64,000 bases of DNA from an uncultured Gemmatimonadales bacterium (lineage in GTDB: Bacteria > Gemmatimonadota > Gemmatimonadetes > Longimicrobiales > RSA9). The stretch covers positions 352,001-416,000 of the forward strand of contig CAWAMW010000007.1 in NCBI GenBank assembly GCA_963783305.1, given 5' to 3'. The first letter of the stretch is position 1. Each line of letters starts with the position of its first letter. Below, one piece after another: positions 50,511-58,797 of this stretch. The notes below the pieces were generated by a model, which saw only the letters and a list, made by a program, of their open reading frames with translations, was not told where the DNA came from and did no database searches. The position numbers and the translations under genes are program-made.

Positions 50511-51638
50511 TCAACGCCATGTTTCCTGGGATTCTCCGGCATCCCCTGTCGGGCCGACAGCGGCACCCGTGAGCTCCGCGTACAGCGCCTCGTAGCGGTC
50601 CGCCATACGACCGGCGGTGAACCGCGCGCGGGCCCGCTCGAGGGCGCGCGCGGCCTGCTCGTCGAGGGCTGCCGGGTCCTCCAGCACACCGCGAAGCCGG
50701 TTGGCCAGGACGCGCGGGGTAGGCGGATCGAAGAAGTCGGCCGCGCCGGTCCACAGCTCGCGGAACGAGCCGATCCCGGTGAGCAGCAGGCCGCAGCCGT
50801 GGCCGGCCGCCTCGAGGGGCGAGAGTCCGAACGGCTCGTACAGCGAGGGGGCGACGTAGAGCCGGGTGTTCGCGTAGAACCGGTCCATGGTGGCCGCGTC
50901 CACCTCGCCGTGCGTGATCAGGTGCTCCACTTCCATCCGCTCACCGGCCGGTCCCTCCATCGGGCCCACCAGGTGGACCGCGGGAGCGTCGGTGCCGAGG
51001 TCGTCGATCGCGCGGTCCAGAAGCGCCACACCCTTGGCCTCATCCCAGGCCCGCCCGGCCACGAGGACCATGGAGCGGCTGGAGGGCGGGGGAGCGGAGC
51101 CGTCCAGCTGCGGGAGGCGCGTCCCGTTGTGGATCACGCGCACCGCGCTCCGGCCGTAATGACGAGCGAGCAGACCGGATTGGTATGCGGTGGGGGCGAC
51201 CACGACACCGGCCGCGTCGATCCCGCGGCGGACCATCGCCTTGTACGGCCCCCATTCCTCCGGCGGCGTACGCTCCTGGACCTCCGCGTACCACGAGAGC
51301 ATATCGCTGTGCGCCACGACGACCACCGGGGCGGGGAAGACTCCGGCGGCGTAGGCGAACTGGTTGAGGTGGACGATGTCGGCTCGCCAGTCGGCGGCTA
51401 CCGACTCCAGCCAGCGGGTGGTCGGATCCACGTCGGCGAGCCCGTCCGGCATCCACTCCAGCCGCAGCTTCCGGCTGAACGCATCCACGCACTCCGGCAG
51501 CTCGGTCATCCGGGCTTCCTCGGGGTCGCCGAGCACCGCGACCGCGCAGGTGTGCCCCCGGTCCGTCAGCTCCCGGACCAGCGTGACCGTGTAGCGCCAT
51601 ACTCCGCCCACCACGTCCGTCGTCAGGAGAATTCTCAT
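50511..51638 (-). CDS. Glycosyltransferase family 4
   Basis: MRILLTTDVVGGVW, IHNG, GRAWDEAKG and YEPFGLSPLEA. Confidence 0.92.
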   Translation of the reverse strand: MRILLTTDVVGGVWRYTVTLVRELTDRGHTCAVAVLGDPEEARMTELPECVDAFSRKLRLEWMPDGLADVDPTTRWLESVAADWRADIVHLNQFAYAAGVFPAPVVVVAHSDMLSWYAEVQERTPPEEWGPYKAMVRRGIDAAGVVVAPTAYQSGLLARHYGRSAVRVIHNGTRLPQLDGSAPPPSSRSMVLVAGRAWDEAKGVALLDRAIDDLGTDAPAVHLVGPMEGPAGERMEVEHLITHGEVDAATMDRFYANTRLYVAPSLYEPFGLSPLEAAGHGCGLLLTGIGSFRELWTGAADFFDPPTPRVLANRLRGVLEDPAALDEQAARALERARARFTAGRMADRYEALYAELTGAAVGPTGDAGESQETWR

Positions 51639-51848
51639 CGTGCGTACATCCGATCGAGAACGTTAGCGACCTCCACGAGCGACTCCACCGTGGATCGTAC
51701 GACTGATCATGAGCCAATCGCCCCGCCAAGGCCAGCGCGGCCCACCGCTCCGGTCGTCCGGGGGCGTCTCCAGCACTTCCAGGAATGTGCCAGCGCCGTG
51801 CCGCGCCGGGTCCGTGGAGCCCGAACCACGATGGCCCCGGGAGGGCGG

Positions 51849-52889
51849 TCAGTCGGATGCGGCGGCGCGGGCGAGGCGATCCCGGACCGCGGTCCAGGGG
51901 GGCGAGTCGGGCACGGATTCCACCAGCAGGAGCTGGCAGCCGAGGTCGTCCATTCGGTGGAGCGTGGCGTAGAGCTCACGCGCATACCCGGCGGGGTCGG
52001 CGGGCATGCGAACCCGCTCCCGGAACGGAGAATCCTCCTCGGGGGCCGGGGCGAGAGCTGCGGCGTCGCGAACGAGAGCGCAGACGATGCGTCCCTGTGC
52101 CGCCGCTCGGCGAGCGTGCTCGAGGGCGTCCCGGGTGCCGGCGGGATCGAACAGGCGGACGGAGGCGCGCGGAGCGTAGTGGCGGTCGAGCATGCCAGGG
52201 GAGGGGCGAGCGGCAACCTCCTCGTCGCCGGGGTGACTGCGTCCTTCCGGTGTTCCGAGCTCGCCGATGAGCGGCCGCAACTCGGCACTGGAGACGGTCC
52301 CCGGCCGGAGGATCACGGGGTGGCTCCCGACCAGGCTGACGACGGTGGACTCGATCCCGACCCCGGTCCGCCCCCCGTCAAGAACGAGATCGACCCTCTC
52401 TCCCAGCCCCTTCACGACGTGCGCGGCACGGGTGGGCGACACCGCCGTGGACGGGTTGGCGCTCGGTGCCACGATGGGCACCCCCGCGGCGCGGAGCAAC
52501 GCCAGCGCCACCGGGTGAGCGGGGACCCGGACGGCCACGGTGGGGAGGCCCGCGCTCACGATGGCGGGGATGCGAGAGTGGCGGGGCAGGACGAGTGTCA
52601 GCGGGCCCGGCCAGAAGGCGGCGGCGAGGCGCTCGGCGGTCTCGGGCCAGGCAGTGACAATGGACCGAGCCGCCGCGGCGTCGACCACGTGGACGATGAG
52701 GGGGTTGTACTCCGGGCGTCCCTTGGCGCGATAGATCCCCGCCACGGCCGATTCGTCCAGCGCGTTCGCCCCGAGTCCGTAGACGGTCTCCGTGGGAAAG
52801 GCCACGAGTCCGCCGCGACGGATGATCCGCGCCGCGCGTTCGATCCGGTCGGGCTCGGGGCTGCCTGGATCAACGACGAGTGTGGGCAT
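51849..52889 (-). CDS. sua5: L-threonylcarbamoyladenylate synthase (Sua5 type)
   Basis: VAFPTETVYGLG, KGRP..NPLIVH, FWPGPLT, APSAN, GIESTV and PGML.RHYAP. Confidence 0.95.
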   Translation of the reverse strand: MPTLVVDPGSPEPDRIERAARIIRRGGLVAFPTETVYGLGANALDESAVAGIYRAKGRPEYNPLIVHVVDAAAARSIVTAWPETAERLAAAFWPGPLTLVLPRHSRIPAIVSAGLPTVAVRVPAHPVALALLRAAGVPIVAPSANPSTAVSPTRAAHVVKGLGERVDLVLDGGRTGVGIESTVVSLVGSHPVILRPGTVSSAELRPLIGELGTPEGRSHPGDEEVAARPSPGMLDRHYAPRASVRLFDPAGTRDALEHARRAAAQGRIVCALVRDAAALAPAPEEDSPFRERVRMPADPAGYARELYATLHRMDDLGCQLLLVESVPDSPPWTAVRDRLARAAASD

Positions 52890-53273
52890 GGGTACGGTCG
52901 GGAGGATCGGTGGGCTCGCGGTCGAGTGCGAGGATGGTACAGCGGATCGGTTGCGGAGGCGAGAGGCAGCGCGCCGCCAGGCGAGCGATCGCGGCCGTCG
53001 AGCGCCGGCGCCGTGGCGCGTGTCGTGAGTATTGCGCGGGCCCTTCGGCAGTTGCAAGATGAAAGCACGAGCGACGACGTGGGCCGATTCAGGGCCCCTC
53101 CCACCGGGCGCTCCGGCCACCCGCATGGCTGACCGGGCGTCTCGCCCTTCTGAAAGGGCAGCGCGGGGTGAAAACGGCACGTCGGCGCAGCCGATTCCGG
53201 CTCCGGATCCGGGGCGGATCGGTCGGGCAGACGGATCAAAGGAGGCCATCAATGCCACCGGGCAGTAGTCCAG

Positions 53274-53303
53274 GGCCCGGAACGGTCCGAACCGTTCCGG
53301 GCC
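53274..53303. terminator. Perfect 13-bp GC-rich hairpin, possible terminator or operator
   Basis: GGCCCGGAACGGT-CCGA-ACCGTTCCGGGCC. Only a short T run follows. Confidence 0.4.
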
Positions 53304-53364
53304 TTCGTCGGCCCCCCCTTTGCATCCCGCGTCGGCTCGCCACCCACTCTTCGAACGGGACGTG

Positions 53365-54204
53365 ATGGAGTACGACTACCCTTCCTTCAGGCTGCCGCGG
53401 CTCCTGAATGATATTTCCTTCGAGTCGGGACCGTACCCCGGCGAAGCCTTCCCGGATTTCGACCTTCCCACCACGAAGGGGGGTCGGATTACGCGAGATC
53501 AGCTCATCGAGCGGGGGCCGGCGCTGATCACCATGGGGTCGTTCACCTGTCCCATGACGGCGAGCGCCGGGCCCACGCTGCGAGGGCTCCACACCGAGTT
53601 CGGTCATCCCATCACCTTCATGACGCTGTACGTCCGCGAGGCGCACCCGGGCCGGGAATACCCTCAGGCCGCGTCGCTGGACCAGAAAATCCGGTACGCC
53701 CGGGCCTACAAGAAGCGGGACGGGATCCCGTGGACGGTCGCCGTGGACGATGTTACGGGGACGCTGCACCGGCAGCTGGACGCGAAGCCGAACTCCGCCT
53801 ACATCGTCGGGCACGATGGCATCGTGCTCTACCGGACGCTCTGGTCGGGCCACGAGTGGACGCTGCGCCAGGGGCTCGCGGTGGTAGCGGCCGGCGGGCG
53901 CCCGATGGAGCAGCGCGAGCCGAGGCTCATGCCCATGGCGGCGGGACTCGGCGAGCTGTACCGGATGCTGGAGCTGGCGGGGGAGGGCGCCAAACGCGAC
54001 GTCCTATACCGTGCCCCGCCCATGTACGTTCTGGCCCGGCTGGCCCACCTGCTCCCGTTCGCCGGGCCCATGCGCCGGGGGATCGGCGCCATGGGCGTGA
54101 TGTTCGGCCTGGGACTCGGGGGCGCCGTGGCGGCTGCGCGCTCGCATGGTCGGTCCAGGGCGGAGAAGGGGAGCTCCAGGGAGCGGCGGCGCCCGACCGA
54201 ATGA
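53365..54204 (+). CDS. Iodothyronine deiodinase-like thioredoxin-fold protein (Cys form)
   Basis: PDFDL, GSFTCP, LYVREAHPG and PNSAYIV. C-terminal TM. Confidence 0.82.
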   Translation: MEYDYPSFRLPRLLNDISFESGPYPGEAFPDFDLPTTKGGRITRDQLIERGPALITMGSFTCPMTASAGPTLRGLHTEFGHPITFMTLYVREAHPGREYPQAASLDQKIRYARAYKKRDGIPWTVAVDDVTGTLHRQLDAKPNSAYIVGHDGIVLYRTLWSGHEWTLRQGLAVVAAGGRPMEQREPRLMPMAAGLGELYRMLELAGEGAKRDVLYRAPPMYVLARLAHLLPFAGPMRRGIGAMGVMFGLGLGGAVAAARSHGRSRAEKGSSRERRRPTE

Positions 54205-54238
54205 GCGGGGCCGCCATCCGGCCTCGGACCGAAGTGCG

Positions 54239-54973
54239 TCAGGCGGGTTGATCGAAGCGGGGCGGCTCCGCCAGCAGCGCGCTCAGGTCCGCCCCTGCCT
54301 CCACCGCCTCCGGCTCCCGCCCCCTGCGTAAGAGGAGAGCGCCGGTCGTGCCGTGCAGCTCCAGTTCCTCCCCGCGTCGACGTAGCCAGCTGCCCTCTCT
54401 CATTCCGAGCACCGGCACGTCGTTCTCCTCGAGGAACTCCCTGATCCGCTGCTCCCGTGTCTCGCCCATGTGGGTCGAGCCGGTGGGCGGGTCCTGATAG
54501 TGCGGATTGATCTGGAACGGGATGAGCTCGAACGAGCGCAGCCCGTCGGGCTCCACGATGGGCATATCGTTGGTGGTGCGGATCGTCGGGCAAGCGTGGT
54601 TGGTGCCGGCACTCGACCCCATGTACGACAGCGATCCCGCCCCAACCCTCTCCCGCACCGGATCGATGAGGCGGAGCCGCTGAAGGGAGCGGAGCAGCCG
54701 GAAGCTGTTGCCACCCCCCACGAACAGGACCTCCGCTTCCATCAGCTCCGCGCGGGCGTCCTCCGCGCTGTGAAGCCCCACCACGCGGACACCGAGCGGG
54801 GCGAGCGCTTCGGCCACGCGGTGGGTGTAGGAGTCGTGGTCGGCGATCGCGAAGGGCGCGAAGTGCACGGTTCGGCGCCCTGCCAGGAACCGTTCGATGG
54901 CGTCCATGGCGTGCTCGAGGAAGGCGCGGCCGTGAAGGGTCGAGTTGCTGAGGAGGAGCAGGTCGTCGCGCAT
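54239..54973 (-). CDS. pepE: Dipeptidase E (S51)
   Basis: LLLSNST, VGGGNSF, GSSAG, TTNDMP, QINPHY and GETREQR. Confidence 0.94.
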   Translation of the reverse strand: MRDDLLLLSNSTLHGRAFLEHAMDAIERFLAGRRTVHFAPFAIADHDSYTHRVAEALAPLGVRVVGLHSAEDARAELMEAEVLFVGGGNSFRLLRSLQRLRLIDPVRERVGAGSLSYMGSSAGTNHACPTIRTTNDMPIVEPDGLRSFELIPFQINPHYQDPPTGSTHMGETREQRIREFLEENDVPVLGMREGSWLRRRGEELELHGTTGALLLRRGREPEAVEAGADLSALLAEPPRFDQPA

Positions 54974-54977
54974 CGCG

Positions 54978-55733
54978 TCACCTCTTCCGGTCGATTTCGC
55001 CGAGCCGCGCCTTGAGCTCATTCCTGGCGGCGGCTATCGCGCTGCGGGTACGCTCGCGGAGGGCGGGCACGTCATCCACGGTCATGCCTTTCGTCTCGAT
55101 GGGTTCCAGCACCCTGGCGATGGCCCGGGCGTAGCCGAACCGGAGCGAGTGCTTGGCCATGGCCTCCCGCGTTCCCGCCACCGCGATGGGGAGGATGGGC
55201 AGCTGCCGTTCGACGGCGATCCGGAACGCGCCGTTGCGGAAGGGCAGCAGCTCTCCGTCGGGCGACCGGGTGCCTTCGGGCAGGATCATGACGGACACGC
55301 GCTTGTCCAGACGGTCGTGGATCTGCTGGACAGCCATCTCGCGACTGCCTTTTTCGCCGCGGCGAATGGCGATGTCGCCAGCCATCCGCATCATCCAGCC
55401 CATGACAGGGATACGGAATATGGCCTCCTTGGAGAGCCACTTCATCTCCCACGGGAGGTGGCTGAGGAGGAAGATATCGGCAAAGGACTCGTGGTTGGCC
55501 ACGGCCACGTACGGCCGTCGCGGATCGGTGATCTCTACACCCTCGGTGCTGAAGTGCCAGACCGGGATGAGCTTCACCGAGGCCATGGCGGCGCGCCGGA
55601 ACCAGCGCCCGGCGGTGTAGCGCCCGGGGTCGAACGGCGCGGTGAGAAGGAAAATGATGGCGAGCATGGGCAGCCAGAGCAGGGCCAGGAGTCCGATCGC
55701 GGACCAGAGGAGGCCGGAGAGGAAGGTCCGCAT
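54978..55733 (-). CDS. plsC: 1-acyl-sn-glycerol-3-phosphate acyltransferase
   Basis: NHESFAD, PEGTRS and F.NGAF. Confidence 0.9.
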   Translation of the reverse strand: MRTFLSGLLWSAIGLLALLWLPMLAIIFLLTAPFDPGRYTAGRWFRRAAMASVKLIPVWHFSTEGVEITDPRRPYVAVANHESFADIFLLSHLPWEMKWLSKEAIFRIPVMGWMMRMAGDIAIRRGEKGSREMAVQQIHDRLDKRVSVMILPEGTRSPDGELLPFRNGAFRIAVERQLPILPIAVAGTREAMAKHSLRFGYARAIARVLEPIETKGMTVDDVPALRERTRSAIAAARNELKARLGEIDRKR

Positions 55734-57610
55734 CAGTGTTGCTCTCCGTCCCGGTCCTGCCCGTGCCGGAGGTTCCGCACCTCCTCCTTCACGTGGTCGA
55801 TCTCCGCGTAGAGCTTCTCGATGGCCTCGGTGAAGGCCTGCTCGATGGCACGTCGTCGCGCCTTCAGGGTGGGCGTGAGCAGCCCGGACTCCACGGTGAA
55901 CTCGTGCGGCAGGAGCGAGAAGCGCCGGGGAGTCTCGTGGCGGGCGAAGTCGCTCACCCGGTCCACGGTCTCATCGTGGAGCAGCTCGAGGAGCCGCGGG
56001 TGACGGGTCGCCGCGTCGCGGTCGCTCAGGTCGAGCCCGCGCTCGCTCGCCCAACGGTCCACGGCCTCCCAGTCCGGGACCACCAGCAGGGCGGGGAAGG
56101 CGCGGCGGTCCCCGACCATGATGGCCTGGGAGACGTACGGCGAGCGCATGATCTCAGATTCGACCGGCTGCGGGGCAATGTTCTTCCCGCCCGCCGTCAC
56201 GATGAGGTCCTTGAGCCGATCGGTGATGCGGAGGAAGCCATCCTCGTCGAAGCGCCCCACGTCGCCCGTGTGGAACCAGCCGCCGTCCTCCATCACCTCG
56301 GCCGTGGCCTCGTCGTCGTTCCAGTAGCCGCGCATGGTGCCGGGCCCGCGGCTCATGATCTCGCCATTCTCCGCGATCCGGATCTCCACGTCGGGGTATG
56401 GAACCCCCACGGAGCCGAGACGGGTCGCGCCCGGTCGGTTGGCGGACAGGACGGGCGAGGTCTCCGTGAGGCCATACCCCTCGTAGATGGGGAGTCCTGC
56501 CGCGAAGAAGAACGTGCCGACGTCCGCGGAAAGCGGCGCGCCGCCGGAGATGAAGCCACGCATGCGGCCGCCGGTGCGGCGCCGGAGGGTGGCGAACACG
56601 ATGCGGTCGGCGGCGCCGAGGCGCACACGATCCCCCAGCTTGAGCCGCTCCCCCGCGTCCCTCCGGATCTGGGCCCGGGCACCGACCGCGCCCGCCCAGC
56701 GTCCCAGACGCCCCCGGAGACCCGGCGCGTCCACCACGCGGGCGTGCAGCTTCTCGAACAGCCGCGGCACGGACACCATCACGTGCGGTCGGATGGCCAG
56801 CAGGTCCTCCGCGAGCGTGTCGACCGAGCGGGCGTAGCCGATGGTCACACCCTCGTCGAAGAAGAAGTAGGACGCGGCCCGCTCGAACACGTGCGACAGC
56901 GGGAGGATCGAGAGGCACATATCGCCGGCGCCGGCCGGTACCGAGCCGTGTTGCCGCGTAGCCGCCACCATGAAGGCCATGTTGCCATGCGTGAGGACCA
57001 CGCCCTTCGGCGGGCCCGTGGTCCCCGAGCTGTATACCAGGGTAGCAGCGTCCTCCGGCTGCACGGCCTCCGCCCGCTCACGCAGCCCCTCGACAGGCGG
57101 GTGTTGGCGCGCTTCGTCGAACGCGATCTCGACCCCCGCTCCCGTCCCGGCGGCGGGATCAAACACCGTGATCCACTCCAGCGCCTCGAGTCCCGCGCGG
57201 CGAGCCTTCTCCGCCTGCGCGGGCGTGGAGACGGCAAGGCCCCGCACACCCGCGTCCCTCAGGATATGCGCCACCTGGTCCGTGGGCAGCGTCGGGTAGA
57301 CCGGGACGGTGGTTGCGCCCAGGCAGAGGGCCGCGTAGTCGACGATCGCCCACTCCGGTCGGTTCTCCGACAGGATCCCGACCCGGTCTCCCGAGCCGAT
57401 GCCCCGCGCCTCGAGCCAGCCGGCCACGGCGGCCACCTGAGCGGCGACCTCGCGGTACGAGAGATCCCGCCACTGCTCGTGCTCACACCAGCGGAGCGCG
57501 GGGGCGTCGCCGAACCGGTCGACCGCGCCAAAGAACGTGGCGGTGAGGGTGCGCCGGTCGTACGGCGCGAGCGGGGGACCCGCGTGTGTCTCCCCGGATT
57601 CCGGCGGCAT
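55733..57610 (-). CDS. fadD: Long-chain fatty acid-CoA ligase
   Basis: YSSGTTGPPKG, LPLSHVFE, YEGYGLTE, WFHTGD, GGKNIAP and LTPTLK. Start at MPPES after a GGGAG RBS. Confidence 0.92.
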   Translation of the reverse strand: MPPESGETHAGPPLAPYDRRTLTATFFGAVDRFGDAPALRWCEHEQWRDLSYREVAAQVAAVAGWLEARGIGSGDRVGILSENRPEWAIVDYAALCLGATTVPVYPTLPTDQVAHILRDAGVRGLAVSTPAQAEKARRAGLEALEWITVFDPAAGTGAGVEIAFDEARQHPPVEGLRERAEAVQPEDAATLVYSSGTTGPPKGVVLTHGNMAFMVAATRQHGSVPAGAGDMCLSILPLSHVFERAASYFFFDEGVTIGYARSVDTLAEDLLAIRPHVMVSVPRLFEKLHARVVDAPGLRGRLGRWAGAVGARAQIRRDAGERLKLGDRVRLGAADRIVFATLRRRTGGRMRGFISGGAPLSADVGTFFFAAGLPIYEGYGLTETSPVLSANRPGATRLGSVGVPYPDVEIRIAENGEIMSRGPGTMRGYWNDDEATAEVMEDGGWFHTGDVGRFDEDGFLRITDRLKDLIVTAGGKNIAPQPVESEIMRSPYVSQAIMVGDRRAFPALLVVPDWEAVDRWASERGLDLSDRDAATRHPRLLELLHDETVDRVSDFARHETPRRFSLLPHEFTVESGLLTPTLKARRRAIEQAFTEAIEKLYAEIDHVKEEVRNLRHGQDRDGEQH

Positions 57611-57622
57611 GTGCTTCTCCCG

Positions 57623-57677
57623 ATGAACGCTCATGAGGTCTCTGGCCTTACAGTACGGGCGCGCCGGGGAGCGTCAA
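57623..57677 (-). promoter_or_regulatory. Putative sigma70 promoter (TTGACG-N16-TACTGT) followed by palindromic operator ATGAGCGTTCAT
   Basis: -35 at 57672-57677, -10 at 57650-57655, operator at 57623-57634 abutting the RBS. Confidence 0.6.
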
Positions 57678-57727
57678 GCCCTGACCGGGGAGCGTCAAGC
57701 CTGACCGGGGAGCGTCAAGCCCTGACC
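57664..57727. repeat. Tandem repeat, 3 x 20-21 bp CCGGGGAGCGTCAAGCC(C)TGA
   Basis: Units at 57664-57684, 57685-57704 and 57705-57725. Confidence 0.95.
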
Positions 57728-57769
57728 CTTCCCGCGCGGGTGAGGCGCATCGGGCGCAGCGCCGCCGGC

Positions 57770-58780
57770 CTAGAAGACGTCGATTTGCGGGCTCAGAGCG
57801 CTGGGATCCTCACGTATCTCCTGGATCAGCGCCTGGAGGTCGACGATCGTCTTGAGCAGCTCGTCATAGAGCTGCGGGTCGTCGAGGAGCCGTGCCATGG
57901 TACCGTCGCCTCCAGCGACCGCGCCGAGCAAGCCTTCCACGCCGGACAGAGTGGTATCCGCGCGCCCTACCACGCCGACCATGCCCTCGTAGAGCGCATC
58001 ATCGCGGACGAGCTTGCCGAGCGACCCCTCGCCCTCCAGCACGGCCGCACCCAGGCTGTCGAGCCGCGCCAGCGTGCTGTTCATCCGGTTGTACAGCTCC
58101 GGGTCGCGGATCACGCGGCCCAGCGTGCCATCGGAGCGGTTCACGGTCCTCAGGAGTGCGGCCATCTCGCCGGTGGCGGTGGTCATTTGCTGGTAGAGCG
58201 CCTCGTCCGTAAGGAGCGCCCCCAGGGTCCCCTCGCCGCCGGCCAGCCGGTGGGTGAGGACACGAAGGTCGACCACGACGTCCTGCACGTGGTCGAGGGT
58301 GGTGGCCGCGGTGCGGAGCACGGCCTCGTAGTCGAGGACGCCAATGCTCTCCAGCGTATCGCCGGGCTGGAGCGGGGGATAGGCCGGGGAGCCGGGGGAG
58401 ATGTTGAGGAACCGATCGCCGAGCAGCCCCTGTGTCTGGAGGGCCCCGCGGGAGTCCTTCCTGATCTGGGGCTGCACGCTCTCGTTGATGGAGAAGTGGA
58501 CCACGATGTTGACGCTGTCCGTGCGAGTCTCCACGGGTAGAAATTCGATGGACTGGATCTGTCCGATCCTCTGACCGGCCAGGGTGACGGGAGATCCGGG
58601 GATGAGGCCGCCCGAGCTCTCCACAAGCGTGACCAGGGTATAGCGAGAGGCGAATACATCGAAGAGCCGCCCCACCTGAAACACTCCGAAGGCCAGGACG
58701 AGGATTCCCACGATGAGGACAACTCCGACGCGGATCTGTCGCGCCGTCTGCTGACCCTGGTTGAGCTTGCCGCGTGCCAT
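57770..58780 (-). CDS. mlaD: MlaD/MCE family protein with long helical region
   Basis: N-terminal TM, GL.PGSPVTLAG..IG and GLLGDRFLNISPG. Confidence 0.92.
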   Translation of the reverse strand: MARGKLNQGQQTARQIRVGVVLIVGILVLAFGVFQVGRLFDVFASRYTLVTLVESSGGLIPGSPVTLAGQRIGQIQSIEFLPVETRTDSVNIVVHFSINESVQPQIRKDSRGALQTQGLLGDRFLNISPGSPAYPPLQPGDTLESIGVLDYEAVLRTAATTLDHVQDVVVDLRVLTHRLAGGEGTLGALLTDEALYQQMTTATGEMAALLRTVNRSDGTLGRVIRDPELYNRMNSTLARLDSLGAAVLEGEGSLGKLVRDDALYEGMVGVVGRADTTLSGVEGLLGAVAGGDGTMARLLDDPQLYDELLKTIVDLQALIQEIREDPSALSPQIDVF

Positions 58781-58797
58781 CGTCGTCTATCTCCTGC

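Noticed and set aside
51635..51730. Possible CgeB-like C-terminal remnant upstream of GT4
   Set aside because: The similarity is only a few residues across two frames and cannot be supported.
53365..54204. Selenocysteine recoding in the deiodinase-like gene
   Set aside because: The active-site codon is TGT (Cys) and there is no in-frame TGA.
57664..57727. Possible mini CRISPR array
   Set aside because: Units are directly adjacent with no spacers, and there are no cas genes.
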